Origin: a virus
Length of the DNA stretch: 64,000 nucleotides
Direction: 5' to 3' (one strand)
IMG/VR virus record: IMGVR_UViG_3300008116_000018
Below the pieces are notes generated by a model. It did no database searches. It saw only the letters and a list, made by a program, of their open reading frames with translations, and had not been told where the DNA came from. Positions within the stretch are counted from its first letter, which is position 1. Each line of letters opens with the position of its first letter. Shown here one piece after another: positions 1-7,579 of the stretch. The position numbers were made by a program, and so were the translations under genes.

Positions 1-813
1 TTTCTTCTCACCAAGTTCTAGATACGCAATGTGATTGAGACTAAAACTTTCTTGCTGTGAGTATGTAAACTTCTTGTACAATTCAATGTAATCAAGAATA
101 GCAATACCCACCAAATCGAATGCTACTTGTTGTTTGTTGTGAATCGTAGTTGTACGTTCACCGATTCTACGGAATGGTGATAGACGCTTTGCAGTATTGT
201 CGCCCATGAGTCTTGTGATACGATTGTTCAGATATGGAATATCAAAGAATTGAATGTTCCAACCAGTCACAATGTCTGGTGATGTTTCTTCCCACATGTC
301 AAGAAAGCGCATGATGAGATTATTTTCATCACGACACTTCATGTATGTTACATCATCACGATAGTTATCATAGTCACCACAGCCAAACACATAGAAGTGT
401 CCTGATATCTTAAATGTGATTGCAGTGATTGGCTCACTCGCAGATGCAGGTTCAGGAAAACCATTTTCAGAACCAACCTCAATGTCGATGTTCGCAATCT
501 TAATTTGGTCTGGATCATAATCTAATTTGCCTGGATACGCTTCATTGATATAAACGTATGGAAAGTTTGTTGAGCCATACACTTTGAAGTTGTCAACATC
601 TTCATAACGTTTCATAAACTCTGTTGCGTCACGCATTGTGCCTTGCGATACTGCCGCAAGCGATTGGCCATCTAATGTTCGATAATCACCATCTTTAGAT
701 TGTAGATATAACGTTGGATTGTATTCGACCTTATCGGTAAATCGTTTGCCGTTGTTGTATCCACGAACAAGAATGTTGTTGCCGAGTTTAGAAAAATGCG
801 TATAAAATTTCAT
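1..813 (-). CDS. gp43: DNA polymerase (family B), N-terminal and 3'-5' exonuclease part; runs off the left edge of the window
   Basis: Manual translation from ATG at 813: MKFYTHFSKLGNNILVRGY...IANIDIEVGSENGFPEP (Exo I) ...DIVTGWNIQFFDIPYL (Exo II). TAATG overlap with the upstream gene. Confidence 0.97.
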   Translation of the reverse strand, partial: MKFYTHFSKLGNNILVRGYNNGKRFTDKVEYNPTLYLQSKDGDYRTLDGQSLAAVSQGTMRDATEFMKRYEDVDNFKVYGSTNFPYVYINEAYPGKLDYDPDQIKIANIDIEVGSENGFPEPASASEPITAITFKISGHFYVFGCGDYDNYRDDVTYMKCRDENNLIMRFLDMWEETSPDIVTGWNIQFFDIPYLNNRITRLMGDNTAKRLSPFRRIGERTTTIHNKQQVAFDLVGIAILDYIELYKKFTYSQQESFSLNHIAYLELGEKK

Positions 814-1115
814 TAAGTAATAATGCCTTGAGTCGGTGGCAGGACAATTCCTGATCCGTATATCTCATTATACTTGTTTTTTATCTCTTGTGCAACTGAT
901 ACGTTGTAAATTACATGGTTAGGATTAAACTCTACCACTTTTTGTTCGGAGAAGATTAAAAGAGGTTGCATTTGCAAAGCGGCTTTGCCAGCTTGATTCA
1001 TACCAATAGCAAGAACACATGGGTTCTCTACACGATACTTATCCGCAGTCTCTTCTACAATATCACCAACAATTTCTTCACCTGTTGATAATTTCAAAAT
1101 TCTTAAGTTTGCCAT
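813..1115 (-). CDS. Conserved T4-like hypothetical protein (possible Sm-like fold)
   Basis: Likely start MANLRILKLSTGEEIVG at 1115 after an AGGA SD. Usual position between hsp20 and gp43. Shares an N-terminal LKLxxG motif with 20902..21294. Confidence 0.75.
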   Translation of the reverse strand: MANLRILKLSTGEEIVGDIVEETADKYRVENPCVLAIGMNQAGKAALQMQPLLIFSEQKVVEFNPNHVIYNVSVAQEIKNKYNEIYGSGIVLPPTQGIIT

Positions 1116-1127
1116 TTTATATCCTAT

Positions 1128-1154
1128 AATAAAATGGGGGCATTGCGCCCCCAT
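1128..1154 (-). terminator. Rho-independent terminator after hsp20
   Basis: Minus strand ATGGGGGC-GCAAT-GCCCCCAT followed by TTTATT. Confidence 0.7.
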
Positions 1155-1238
1155 GTGTTTATTTAAAACGCTCTGCTTTATGTCTCTTTGCGTCTTGAAT
1201 TGCTTCAAGTAAAGCAATAAAGAAGTTTTTTATTGATT

Positions 1239-1748
1239 TCATAATTCATCCTCAGTTAAATATTGCTGAGATGATTTTTTAGTTTTAGGCGCAGTATCAA
1301 CTGTGTCTTTAACTTCAATCTTCTTTGGCTTCTTATGTTCTGGAATGATTCGTTCCAAAGCAATCTTCAACATACCATTAATCAAAGCGGCATCTTGAAT
1401 TTCGATTTGGTCATCAAGTGCGAATGTGCGAGTGAACGCACGATTAGCAATACCCTTGAACAAGAAATTATCTCCATCATCTTTTGTGTTACCGGCAACA
1501 ATTAGTTTGTTGTCTTCTAAAGTGATATCGATTTCCTGTTTACCAAAACCAGCAACCGCAATTTCAATGACGTATGTATTGTCACCAGTCTTGCGAATGT
1601 TGTAAGGTGGGTAGTTAGGAATGTTCTTAGTCACATCATCATGTATTTTTGCTAGTCGATTGAATTGCTCATCGAAGCCAACAAAGAATTTATCAAAATC
1701 TTTGAAACCTTGTCCGCCAAAAAGTGCGGGAATTGGTGTGTGTCCCAT
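1239..1748 (-). CDS. hsp20: Small heat shock protein (Hsp20/IbpA family)
   Basis: NYPPYNI, IEIAVAGF, GIANRAFTRTF, NGMLKIALERIIPE and C-terminal IEV motifs. Start MGHTP at 1748 after a GAGGAG SD. Confidence 0.95.
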   Translation of the reverse strand: MGHTPIPALFGGQGFKDFDKFFVGFDEQFNRLAKIHDDVTKNIPNYPPYNIRKTGDNTYVIEIAVAGFGKQEIDITLEDNKLIVAGNTKDDGDNFLFKGIANRAFTRTFALDDQIEIQDAALINGMLKIALERIIPEHKKPKKIEVKDTVDTAPKTKKSSQQYLTEDEL

Positions 1749-1761
1749 TTTGTATCTCCTC

Positions 1762-1989
1762 TTACTTATTTTTTGAAAACGCTTTTTTAGCGTCAAAAGT
1801 GTATGCAGACATGCCAAGAGTTGTAAAAAACTTATTGACTTCTACTGCAACAGCTTTTGCGTAAAGTGTTTGCGCTTCAATGAAAGTGTTGAGGGGTTTT
1901 GCAAGTTCTTCATTCTTGACGAATGTTTTGACGAATTGCGTTTTTGTGCCTTGAAAAGTATCGATAGCACTATTGATGTTTTGTAACAT
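1762..1989 (-). CDS. Hypothetical 75-aa helical protein
   Basis: ORF with an AGGAG SD; first gene of the hsp20 operon. Confidence 0.75.
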   Translation of the reverse strand: MLQNINSAIDTFQGTKTQFVKTFVKNEELAKPLNTFIEAQTLYAKAVAVEVNKFFTTLGMSAYTFDAKKAFSKNK

Positions 1990-1994
1990 AGTTT

Positions 1995-2009
1995 CTCCTA
2001 TTAAGCGAG
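1995..2009 (-). promoter_or_regulatory. ROSE-like RNA thermometer hairpin sequestering the SD
   Basis: Minus strand CUCGCU-UAAU-AGGAG: the UCGCU motif pairs with the SD with a bulged G, as in ROSE elements. Confidence 0.55.
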
Positions 2010-2023
2010 TTAAAAAATAAAAT

Positions 2024-2142
2024 TGATACCCCGAAGGCGTATCATTAAAGTCCTGCTTACTGGCTACAGGGGCACCATATCGTTGTGCCAGCTTTAGACG
2101 CTCCTAAGGTAGAAGAGCCATTTACGTTCCCATCCCTGAGAT
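2024..2142 (-). ncRNA. Candidate structured leader or small RNA
   Basis: GC-richer intergenic tract downstream of TATAAATA. Stems GCUCUU/AGGAGC, GGCAC/GUGCC, CCUG/CAGG and a UUCG-capped UGAUAC/GUAUCA stem followed by a U-rich run. Confidence 0.4.
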
Positions 2143-2147
2143 ACGTT

Positions 2148-2155
2148 TATTTATA
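2148..2155 (-). promoter_or_regulatory. T4-type late promoter TATAAATA
   Basis: Exact gp55 consensus in an intergenic position. Confidence 0.7.
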
Positions 2156-2160
2156 ACAGA

Positions 2161-2388
2161 TTAAGCCTGTCCAACCATTCTACGTGAAACAAAATATGTT
2201 GTATTACCTTCTGTGTTCATTGCTGTACGAACTTTGTAACCGCACTGGCGCAAGTCACTCATACGGGCACGAAGGTTTTTAACGCCAAACAAAGACCTTG
2301 CTTGGGGTGCAGAGATTCCACGACCTGTACCACGCAAGTACGATACCAAGAGTTCTGTCTGTGTTTTGCTAGAATTTACAAATGCCAT
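2161..2388 (-). CDS. Small winged-helix/HTH DNA-binding protein
   Basis: ISAPQARSLFGVKNLRARMSDLRQCGYKV resembles a helix-turn-helix followed by a wing. Confidence 0.65.
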   Translation of the reverse strand: MAFVNSSKTQTELLVSYLRGTGRGISAPQARSLFGVKNLRARMSDLRQCGYKVRTAMNTEGNTTYFVSRRMVGQA

Positions 2389-2430
2389 TTTATATACCTC
2401 ATCAATTAATGATAAAAAATTTACTAAGAA

Positions 2431-2682
2431 TTATTTCTTAGCTTCTGATTTAGCTTCCGCTTTATTAGCTTCTGCTTTTTTAGCCTCTGCTCGTTCGGCT
2501 TTCTCTTTTGGAGTAATCACTTTAGGACGTGGTTTCTCTTTAGAGTCTGCTTTAGCGGCAGGTGCTGATGCTGTTGTTGCAGGTTTGTCAGCAGGTTTCT
2601 TTTCTGCTGGTTTGTCTGCCGCAACGGCAACTAGGGAGAGAGTAGTCAATGCTACTGCTGTCAATACTGTCATGGATTTCAT
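2431..2682 (-). CDS. Secreted low-complexity Lys/Ala/Glu/Pro-rich protein
   Basis: N-terminal signal peptide (MKSMTVLTAVALTTLSLVAVA-A) followed by KPAEKK and KAEA repeats; GGAG SD. Confidence 0.75.
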   Translation of the reverse strand: MKSMTVLTAVALTTLSLVAVAADKPAEKKPADKPATTASAPAAKADSKEKPRPKVITPKEKAERAEAKKAEANKAEAKSEAKK

Positions 2683-2710
2683 AAAATCTCCTAATTTATT
2701 TCAAGATAAC

Positions 2711-2739
2711 ATTATCTCACATTATACAACGTTTGTCAA
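2711..2739 (-). promoter_or_regulatory. Sigma70-type promoter
   Basis: TTGACA-N17-GATAAT with a TG extension. Confidence 0.55.
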
Positions 2740-3173
2740 GCCCTGATAGTTGACCTAATCATCCATGCATGTTTATTGAATGCATCTTGACGCTCTGCCA
2801 TAAAGTTACTTATGTTGTGGCAACGTTCTTGTTCTGCAAGTTCGTATGTACGTTGAATGCTTGTCAGCATTGTTGGAATATCATCTAATAATCTTTGCAT
2901 CATCACTTCTGCTGGTGGCACAGTTTCGTCACCTTGGATTTGTGATAACTGAATGAAGCGATTAAAACTTCCTGGTGCATATGAATCCAATGTTCGAATC
3001 TCTTCTGCAATTTTATCCACAACACCATACACTTCAGTATAGATGTTTTCTAAAAAATCGTGATACTGAGGGAAGTTAGGACCAGTTACGTTCCAATGGT
3101 AGTAATGCGCCTTCAGATAAAATGCGTAGTGGTTCGCTAAAGACACTTTTAGTGATTGTACTAGTTCTTCCAT
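2736..3173 (-). CDS. dps: Dps, DNA-binding ferritin-like protein
   Basis: KAHYYHWNVTGPNFPQYHDFLE, DKIAEEIRTL and KHAWM ferroxidase motifs. Confidence 0.95.
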   Translation of the reverse strand: MEELVQSLKVSLANHYAFYLKAHYYHWNVTGPNFPQYHDFLENIYTEVYGVVDKIAEEIRTLDSYAPGSFNRFIQLSQIQGDETVPPAEVMMQRLLDDIPTMLTSIQRTYELAEQERCHNISNFMAERQDAFNKHAWMIRSTIRA

Positions 3174-3174
3174 T

Positions 3175-3588
3175 TTATTCCATTTCCCTCTTTTTATTTC
3201 CGATATTATATTTAGCAGTTAAAAGCCATTCATTTTTTTCTTTATAAGATATGATTTTGATTTGAGACAATGGTGCTATAGGCTCTTCAACGTTTGTTGC
3301 CCTAGGAACAATTTCAATTAATCCCCATTCGGCTAATAGCTTTGCAATTGTGTTTCTTCTCGCTAAATCATTTTCTTCAAAGTCGGTTGGTTTACCATCT
3401 AATGCAAATAACTCTTTAAAATGTACAATATAATATTTACCTTTTTTGTGTAAAATATGACATGACTGGTATAGTGTTTTATCTTTACGTGACGCAACGC
3501 CAATACGGGTTAGTGTTTCTTTTACTTTTAAGAAATCGTCTTCTTGTTTTAATCTTATCTCAAGTAAGTCTTCAATGTTCACCGCCAT
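3175..3588 (-). CDS. regA: Translational repressor RegA
   Basis: DDFLKVKETLTRIGVAS, LYQSCHILHKKGKYYIVHFKELFALDG. Confidence 0.97.
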   Translation of the reverse strand: MAVNIEDLLEIRLKQEDDFLKVKETLTRIGVASRKDKTLYQSCHILHKKGKYYIVHFKELFALDGKPTDFEENDLARRNTIAKLLAEWGLIEIVPRATNVEEPIAPLSQIKIISYKEKNEWLLTAKYNIGNKKREME

Positions 3589-3991
3589 TCTTTTTCTCCT
3601 TGGACTTCACGCCACCTTTTTGTATTTTTTGTTTCATCATCTGGAGTTGATCTGACGTTATAAGATTCTGCACTTGTTTAGCTTTAGCATAACTATAGCC
3701 AAAATATTCAGAAATCACATTAATGTCTTCAACTACTTCATTCTTAAACCACTTGCTAAAGCGTTTTCGTGGCCTGATGGTATTTAGTAAATACAAAAAT
3801 TGAGGTTTGTTGTCGAGGAGATGACGGCTGTTCATCTCATTTGCATATAAGATTGTGTCTGAGAAGTAGGATAGTCCTTTATTTACGATGTACGCATTGT
3901 ACGATTTTTCGGCAAGTTCATCATTATCAGTGCCAACCATCATATTTTCTTTTGATTGGTTGATGGCGTTTAGGTAGTCAAATGGTGTCAT
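3572..3991 (-). CDS. gp62: Clamp loader small subunit
   Basis: PFDYLNAIN, YIVNKGLSYFSDT, RPRKRFSKW; synteny gp44-gp62-regA. Confidence 0.93.
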   Translation of the reverse strand: MTPFDYLNAINQSKENMMVGTDNDELAEKSYNAYIVNKGLSYFSDTILYANEMNSRHLLDNKPQFLYLLNTIRPRKRFSKWFKNEVVEDINVISEYFGYSYAKAKQVQNLITSDQLQMMKQKIQKGGVKSKEKKNGGEH

Positions 3992-4419
3992 AATGTAATC
4001 AATTTCAATGTGTTTACCGGAACTTTATAGAAATATTCTCCATCTTTTACATACTTGTTTTTATTTTCTACAAGAGGACATTGTAACACAATTTCGGCTT
4101 TACAGCAAAACATTCTAGTCAAAATTTTATTTACGGAAAAGAAAAAAGTTGGCAATTCATTTTCAAGTAATTTCTTTTTTCTACTAGGAACATTTAATGT
4201 GTCAAAAGGAAAATTATCTTTATCCCAATTATTTCTAACTTCTACTTCTGCATATCCAACAACAGTATTGTTTTTTGTTAAAATTAAATCTACCCCATAT
4301 AAATCTGAATTGTCTATGGCATCTATATTTAATTTGGACTTGAAATAATTTTTTACTACAGTTCTGCCAACATCATCATACTTGTCGTATAGTGAAGGAT
4401 CAAATTTTTTATTAATCAT
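3988..4419 (-). CDS. Hypothetical protein, possible PD-(D/E)XK-like nuclease
   Basis: YGVDL...YAEVEVR resembles a D...ExE/K catalytic motif. Very AT-rich; ATGA overlaps at both ends. Confidence 0.55.
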   Translation of the reverse strand: MINKKFDPSLYDKYDDVGRTVVKNYFKSKLNIDAIDNSDLYGVDLILTKNNTVVGYAEVEVRNNWDKDNFPFDTLNVPSRKKKLLENELPTFFFSVNKILTRMFCCKAEIVLQCPLVENKNKYVKDGEYFYKVPVNTLKLITL

Positions 4420-5354
4420 TTGAATTCGCAGTCAACCATCACTTCTGTCAAGAAAGCGACAAAGTTAATTTCTTGGTCAACGACAAATGCAGACTTGTAT
4501 TGATAGTCGGCAAGCAATAGAACCATACGTGGAACAGAATCAGGCTTCAAGCATTCGTTGCTGTTATCAAAGATTCGTTTGAATAGTACATAAGGTTCAT
4601 TGTCTAGATTCTCTGCAACCCACTTACGCATACCCGTGAAGTCTTTTGCTTTTAATCTTTCGACTAATGACTTGAAATTGTCACTTGAGATATTTGCAAG
4701 AATTCCAGTATCGATCTTACCTGTAGCAGAGTAACGTTGCAGTTCATTGAGAACACGCCTCCAATCAGGAAAGTGTTTCATAATAAGTTCAGCAACAACC
4801 TTCTCTTCAAATTCTACATTTTCTTTTTGCAGAATGCCAGTCATACGTTTCATAAAACGACCAGCAAGTTTTGGCTTGTCTGATGCGTTTATCTTAAAAT
4901 GTACAACGGAGCACCTACTGTGGAGAGGGGCGATGATACGATTAAGAAAGTTGCAAGTAAGGATAAAACCACAATTAGCAGAAAACTCTTCCATGAAGTT
5001 TCGTAATGCGGGTTGAGTAGATTGCGGATTAAGGTAATCAGCCTCGTCAAGAATAACATATTTACGACCACCAGAGAATGATACGGTTGAGGCAAAGTTT
5101 TTAATTTCATTTCGCAAGGTATCGATGTTGCCATTCATCGATCCGTTAATAACAATATAAGTACATCCAAGTTCTTCAAGCATAGCCTTTGCGATAGTAG
5201 TTTTACCAACGCCAGGACCGCCCGTAAGAATTAGATTGGGAACGTTCTTTTGCTCAACGAATTGTTGGAACGTAGCCTTTAAGTCTGCTGGAAGAATTGT
5301 CTCTTCAACAGTTTTTGGTCGATACTTTTCGACCCACAAGAAATCTTGTAGCAT
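4416..5354 (-). CDS. gp44: Clamp loader large subunit (AAA+)
   Basis: LWVEKYRP, GGPGVGKTT, ILDEADYL and PLHSRC motifs. Confidence 0.97.
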   Translation of the reverse strand: MLQDFLWVEKYRPKTVEETILPADLKATFQQFVEQKNVPNLILTGGPGVGKTTIAKAMLEELGCTYIVINGSMNGNIDTLRNEIKNFASTVSFSGGRKYVILDEADYLNPQSTQPALRNFMEEFSANCGFILTCNFLNRIIAPLHSRCSVVHFKINASDKPKLAGRFMKRMTGILQKENVEFEEKVVAELIMKHFPDWRRVLNELQRYSATGKIDTGILANISSDNFKSLVERLKAKDFTGMRKWVAENLDNEPYVLFKRIFDNSNECLKPDSVPRMVLLLADYQYKSAFVVDQEINFVAFLTEVMVDCEFK

Positions 5355-5383
5355 GTGTTCACCTTATCATAACATAAAAATAT

Positions 5384-5412
5384 ATTCTAACACATTGCAT
5401 GTTAGAATGCAA
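5384..5412 (-). promoter_or_regulatory. Sigma70-like promoter overlapped by a 9-bp inverted repeat
   Basis: TTGCAT-N17-TAGAAT; dyad ATTCTAACA-N7-TGTTAGAAT at 5384-5408. Confidence 0.5.
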
Positions 5413-5420
5413 ACTGAGTG

Positions 5421-5681
5421 TTACTTAGCCACACTCTCATATAAAGTCTCAACATCATCTTGCTCTTGTTGAACTTCGGTGAAGTTTTGTTTGTGATAAA
5501 TCTTTGCAAGTTTGCGAGTGTACTTTTTAGGCAACTCAAATTTATCTTCCACAGTAGTGAGAATATCTTTAATCAAATCACGCTCGGCTTCAATTCGAGT
5601 GAGTGAGTTTGAAATTTCGACAAGTGCATCCAGAATCTTTTTACGGTCCTCTGGAGAGGACGGAACAATCACATTACTCAT
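5421..5681 (-). CDS. dsbA: T4 DsbA-like double-stranded DNA-binding protein
   Basis: 86 aa from MSNVIVP. LIKDI...KLAKIYHKQN...VETLYESV resembles the T4 phage DsbA C-terminal half (not the bacterial disulfide oxidase). Confidence 0.75.
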   Translation of the reverse strand: MSNVIVPSSPEDRKKILDALVEISNSLTRIEAERDLIKDILTTVEDKFELPKKYTRKLAKIYHKQNFTEVQQEQDDVETLYESVAK

Positions 5682-5685
5682 AATA

Positions 5686-6357
5686 TTAACCTTCGTACTT
5701 AGAGCCAGCTTCAGTAGCAATCCAATATTCAATTGGGTCTGTCGCATGTTTGAAATGCGAAATACCTTTAGATGAAATCGATACATCATATGTACCAGCA
5801 ACCATCTTAAGATTTTCTGTATTGAAAATTAATTTAAAGGTTGCACTAGTCTCACCGACTTTGATTGAGAAATTATCTGAATCTGCATTCTTAACGTCAA
5901 GTGCAGAGATAGAGATTTCACTGCCATCACCAACAACCGCAATGTTTGGAAGACCCAAGATGCCAGACAATTTCAATACTTGATTCATATCGTCTTTTGT
6001 CAGACGAAAATTCACTTCGGCATTGTCGATCTTAATTTCTTTTGCAGGCGGTGCGACAATCATAGACTCATCGGCAAGTCCATAAGTTGTCTTGGACGTT
6101 CCAGACTTGATTGTGATATTATTGTTATCTGTATTGACAACAATCTCAGGGTCTGTCAAAGAACCACACAGAGACAAGAAACGATTCAAGTCATAGATGA
6201 CAAAATCTTTCTCAAAGTTTTCTGTTACTGTAGCTTTGCCGAGTACGTTCTGTCCTTTGGAGATAGTTCGCACGACAGAGCCTTCTTTAAATTGCATACC
6301 AGCATTAATGGTTGCAAAGTTTTTTAGAACATTGATTGTTGATTCACTTAATTTCAT
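5686..6357 (-). CDS. gp45: Sliding clamp
   Basis: MKLSESTINVLKNFATIN, FVIYDLNRFL, IEYWIATE. Confidence 0.95.
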   Translation of the reverse strand: MKLSESTINVLKNFATINAGMQFKEGSVVRTISKGQNVLGKATVTENFEKDFVIYDLNRFLSLCGSLTDPEIVVNTDNNNITIKSGTSKTTYGLADESMIVAPPAKEIKIDNAEVNFRLTKDDMNQVLKLSGILGLPNIAVVGDGSEISISALDVKNADSDNFSIKVGETSATFKLIFNTENLKMVAGTYDVSISSKGISHFKHATDPIEYWIATEAGSKYEG

Positions 6358-6631
6358 TTTGTTTTCCTTCATTCAAGTCATGTACGTGTAACATGATTAT
6401 AGCATAGTGTAAAATTTTTAGCAAGTCTTTACGATTCCGTCCATCCTTCTTGCCATACCTTTGTGCATATTTCAGCACATTCCCAATACAGAATCCTTCA
6501 CCGTGGCCACCATCGATGATGAATTCTGTTGCTTGAAATTTATCACGGGAATAATGTTGCCCGTATGTTGCATCAATATAAGACTTCAGTTCTTCCAAAG
6601 TCTTATCTTCATTATATCGATAGTCTATCAT
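6344..6631 (-). CDS. DUF3310-like phage protein
   Basis: HY...GFCIGNVLKYAQRYGKKDG..KDLLKILHY. Confidence 0.75.
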   Translation of the reverse strand: MIDYRYNEDKTLEELKSYIDATYGQHYSRDKFQATEFIIDGGHGEGFCIGNVLKYAQRYGKKDGRNRKDLLKILHYAIIMLHVHDLNEGKQNEIK

Positions 6632-7488
6632 TTCAAATTTTCAGCCACAGTTCGTTGCATAACATCATTACCAGCAGTAGGTGACGCATTAATTGCCGCA
6701 AGTGCTTGTAAAGAACCACCAAAGATATAACTGCCAGCATGTTTCAAACGCATCCATGGAAGCAACCACACCTTACCACCAGCTTTACGCATCCACTGAC
6801 AGAACATATAATCTTCTGAGAGATAACGTTTTGTATCTGGACAAATAACGCAATCAAAGTAAGCCATGATTTCTCTGCTACCATCAAAGTTTGCAGTACG
6901 CAAATGATCTGGTTTATAGCTTTGCATTGGGAATGCTTTGTCATATTTTTGAAGTGCTTCACGGGTAATCAACATGAAACCTGTGCCGCTTTCTTTCACT
7001 TCAACTGGCTCATCGATTCGAAACTCAGTTACGCCATCTGCTGGATTGAAAACATAGTCACCAACAAACTCTTCCAATTGATTTGGATTCTTGTCTGCAT
7101 ATCCTTTGTCAACTGCGATTTTAATCTTCTCCCAAGAAATTGCTTTCTTTGGATATGGACCACAAACAACATCCATGTCATCACGGCTTGACGCAAAGTG
7201 CATCATCACTAAAACGTCTTGTGGCTCAAAGTGAATATCGCTATCAATAAAAATCATATGGTCATAACCACTACGAACAAACTCATCTGTCAAATAATTT
7301 CTAGCACGTTGCACTAGTGATTCGTTAAAGATGAAAAACAGTTTAGCCTCGATACCATATTTGGTACAGAGGATCATAAGGTCTGTAATTGCTTTAGTGT
7401 ATGCTCCGTGGCATTGTCCACCATACATTGGTGTTGCGACAAAAAGTTTCTTGGTTCTTAGTTTTTGGATATCAAGTTCAAATTGCAT
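6628..7488 (-). CDS. Glycosyltransferase-like protein (GT-A fold)
   Basis: ATPMYGG, ESLVQRARN, FIDSDI (DxD), GTGFMLI and LSEDYMFC motifs. Confidence 0.75.
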   Translation of the reverse strand: MQFELDIQKLRTKKLFVATPMYGGQCHGAYTKAITDLMILCTKYGIEAKLFFIFNESLVQRARNYLTDEFVRSGYDHMIFIDSDIHFEPQDVLVMMHFASSRDDMDVVCGPYPKKAISWEKIKIAVDKGYADKNPNQLEEFVGDYVFNPADGVTEFRIDEPVEVKESGTGFMLITREALQKYDKAFPMQSYKPDHLRTANFDGSREIMAYFDCVICPDTKRYLSEDYMFCQWMRKAGGKVWLLPWMRLKHAGSYIFGGSLQALAAINASPTAGNDVMQRTVAENLK

Positions 7489-7520
7489 AATCTCTCCATG
7501 TTAATAAAAATTATCTCACT

Positions 7521-7549
7521 ATTATATATAAAAAAAGAGGCTACGTCAA
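7521..7549 (-). promoter_or_regulatory. Sigma70 promoter overlapping the upstream terminator
   Basis: TTGACG-N17-TATAAT; the -35 lies in the terminator loop. Confidence 0.65.
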
Positions 7550-7558
7550 GTAGCCTCT
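7530..7558 (-). terminator. Rho-independent terminator after the CobS-like gene
   Basis: AGAGGCTAC-TTGAC-GTAGCCTCT followed by a T-run. Confidence 0.8.
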
Positions 7559-7579
7559 AAGGCATTACTGCCAGGAGAT

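Noticed and set aside
2050-2135. SAH, SAM or fluoride riboswitch, or tRNA
   Set aside because: Only short word matches (for example GGAGCG); the required conserved cores or cloverleaf are not evident. Kept only as an unclassified structured RNA candidate.
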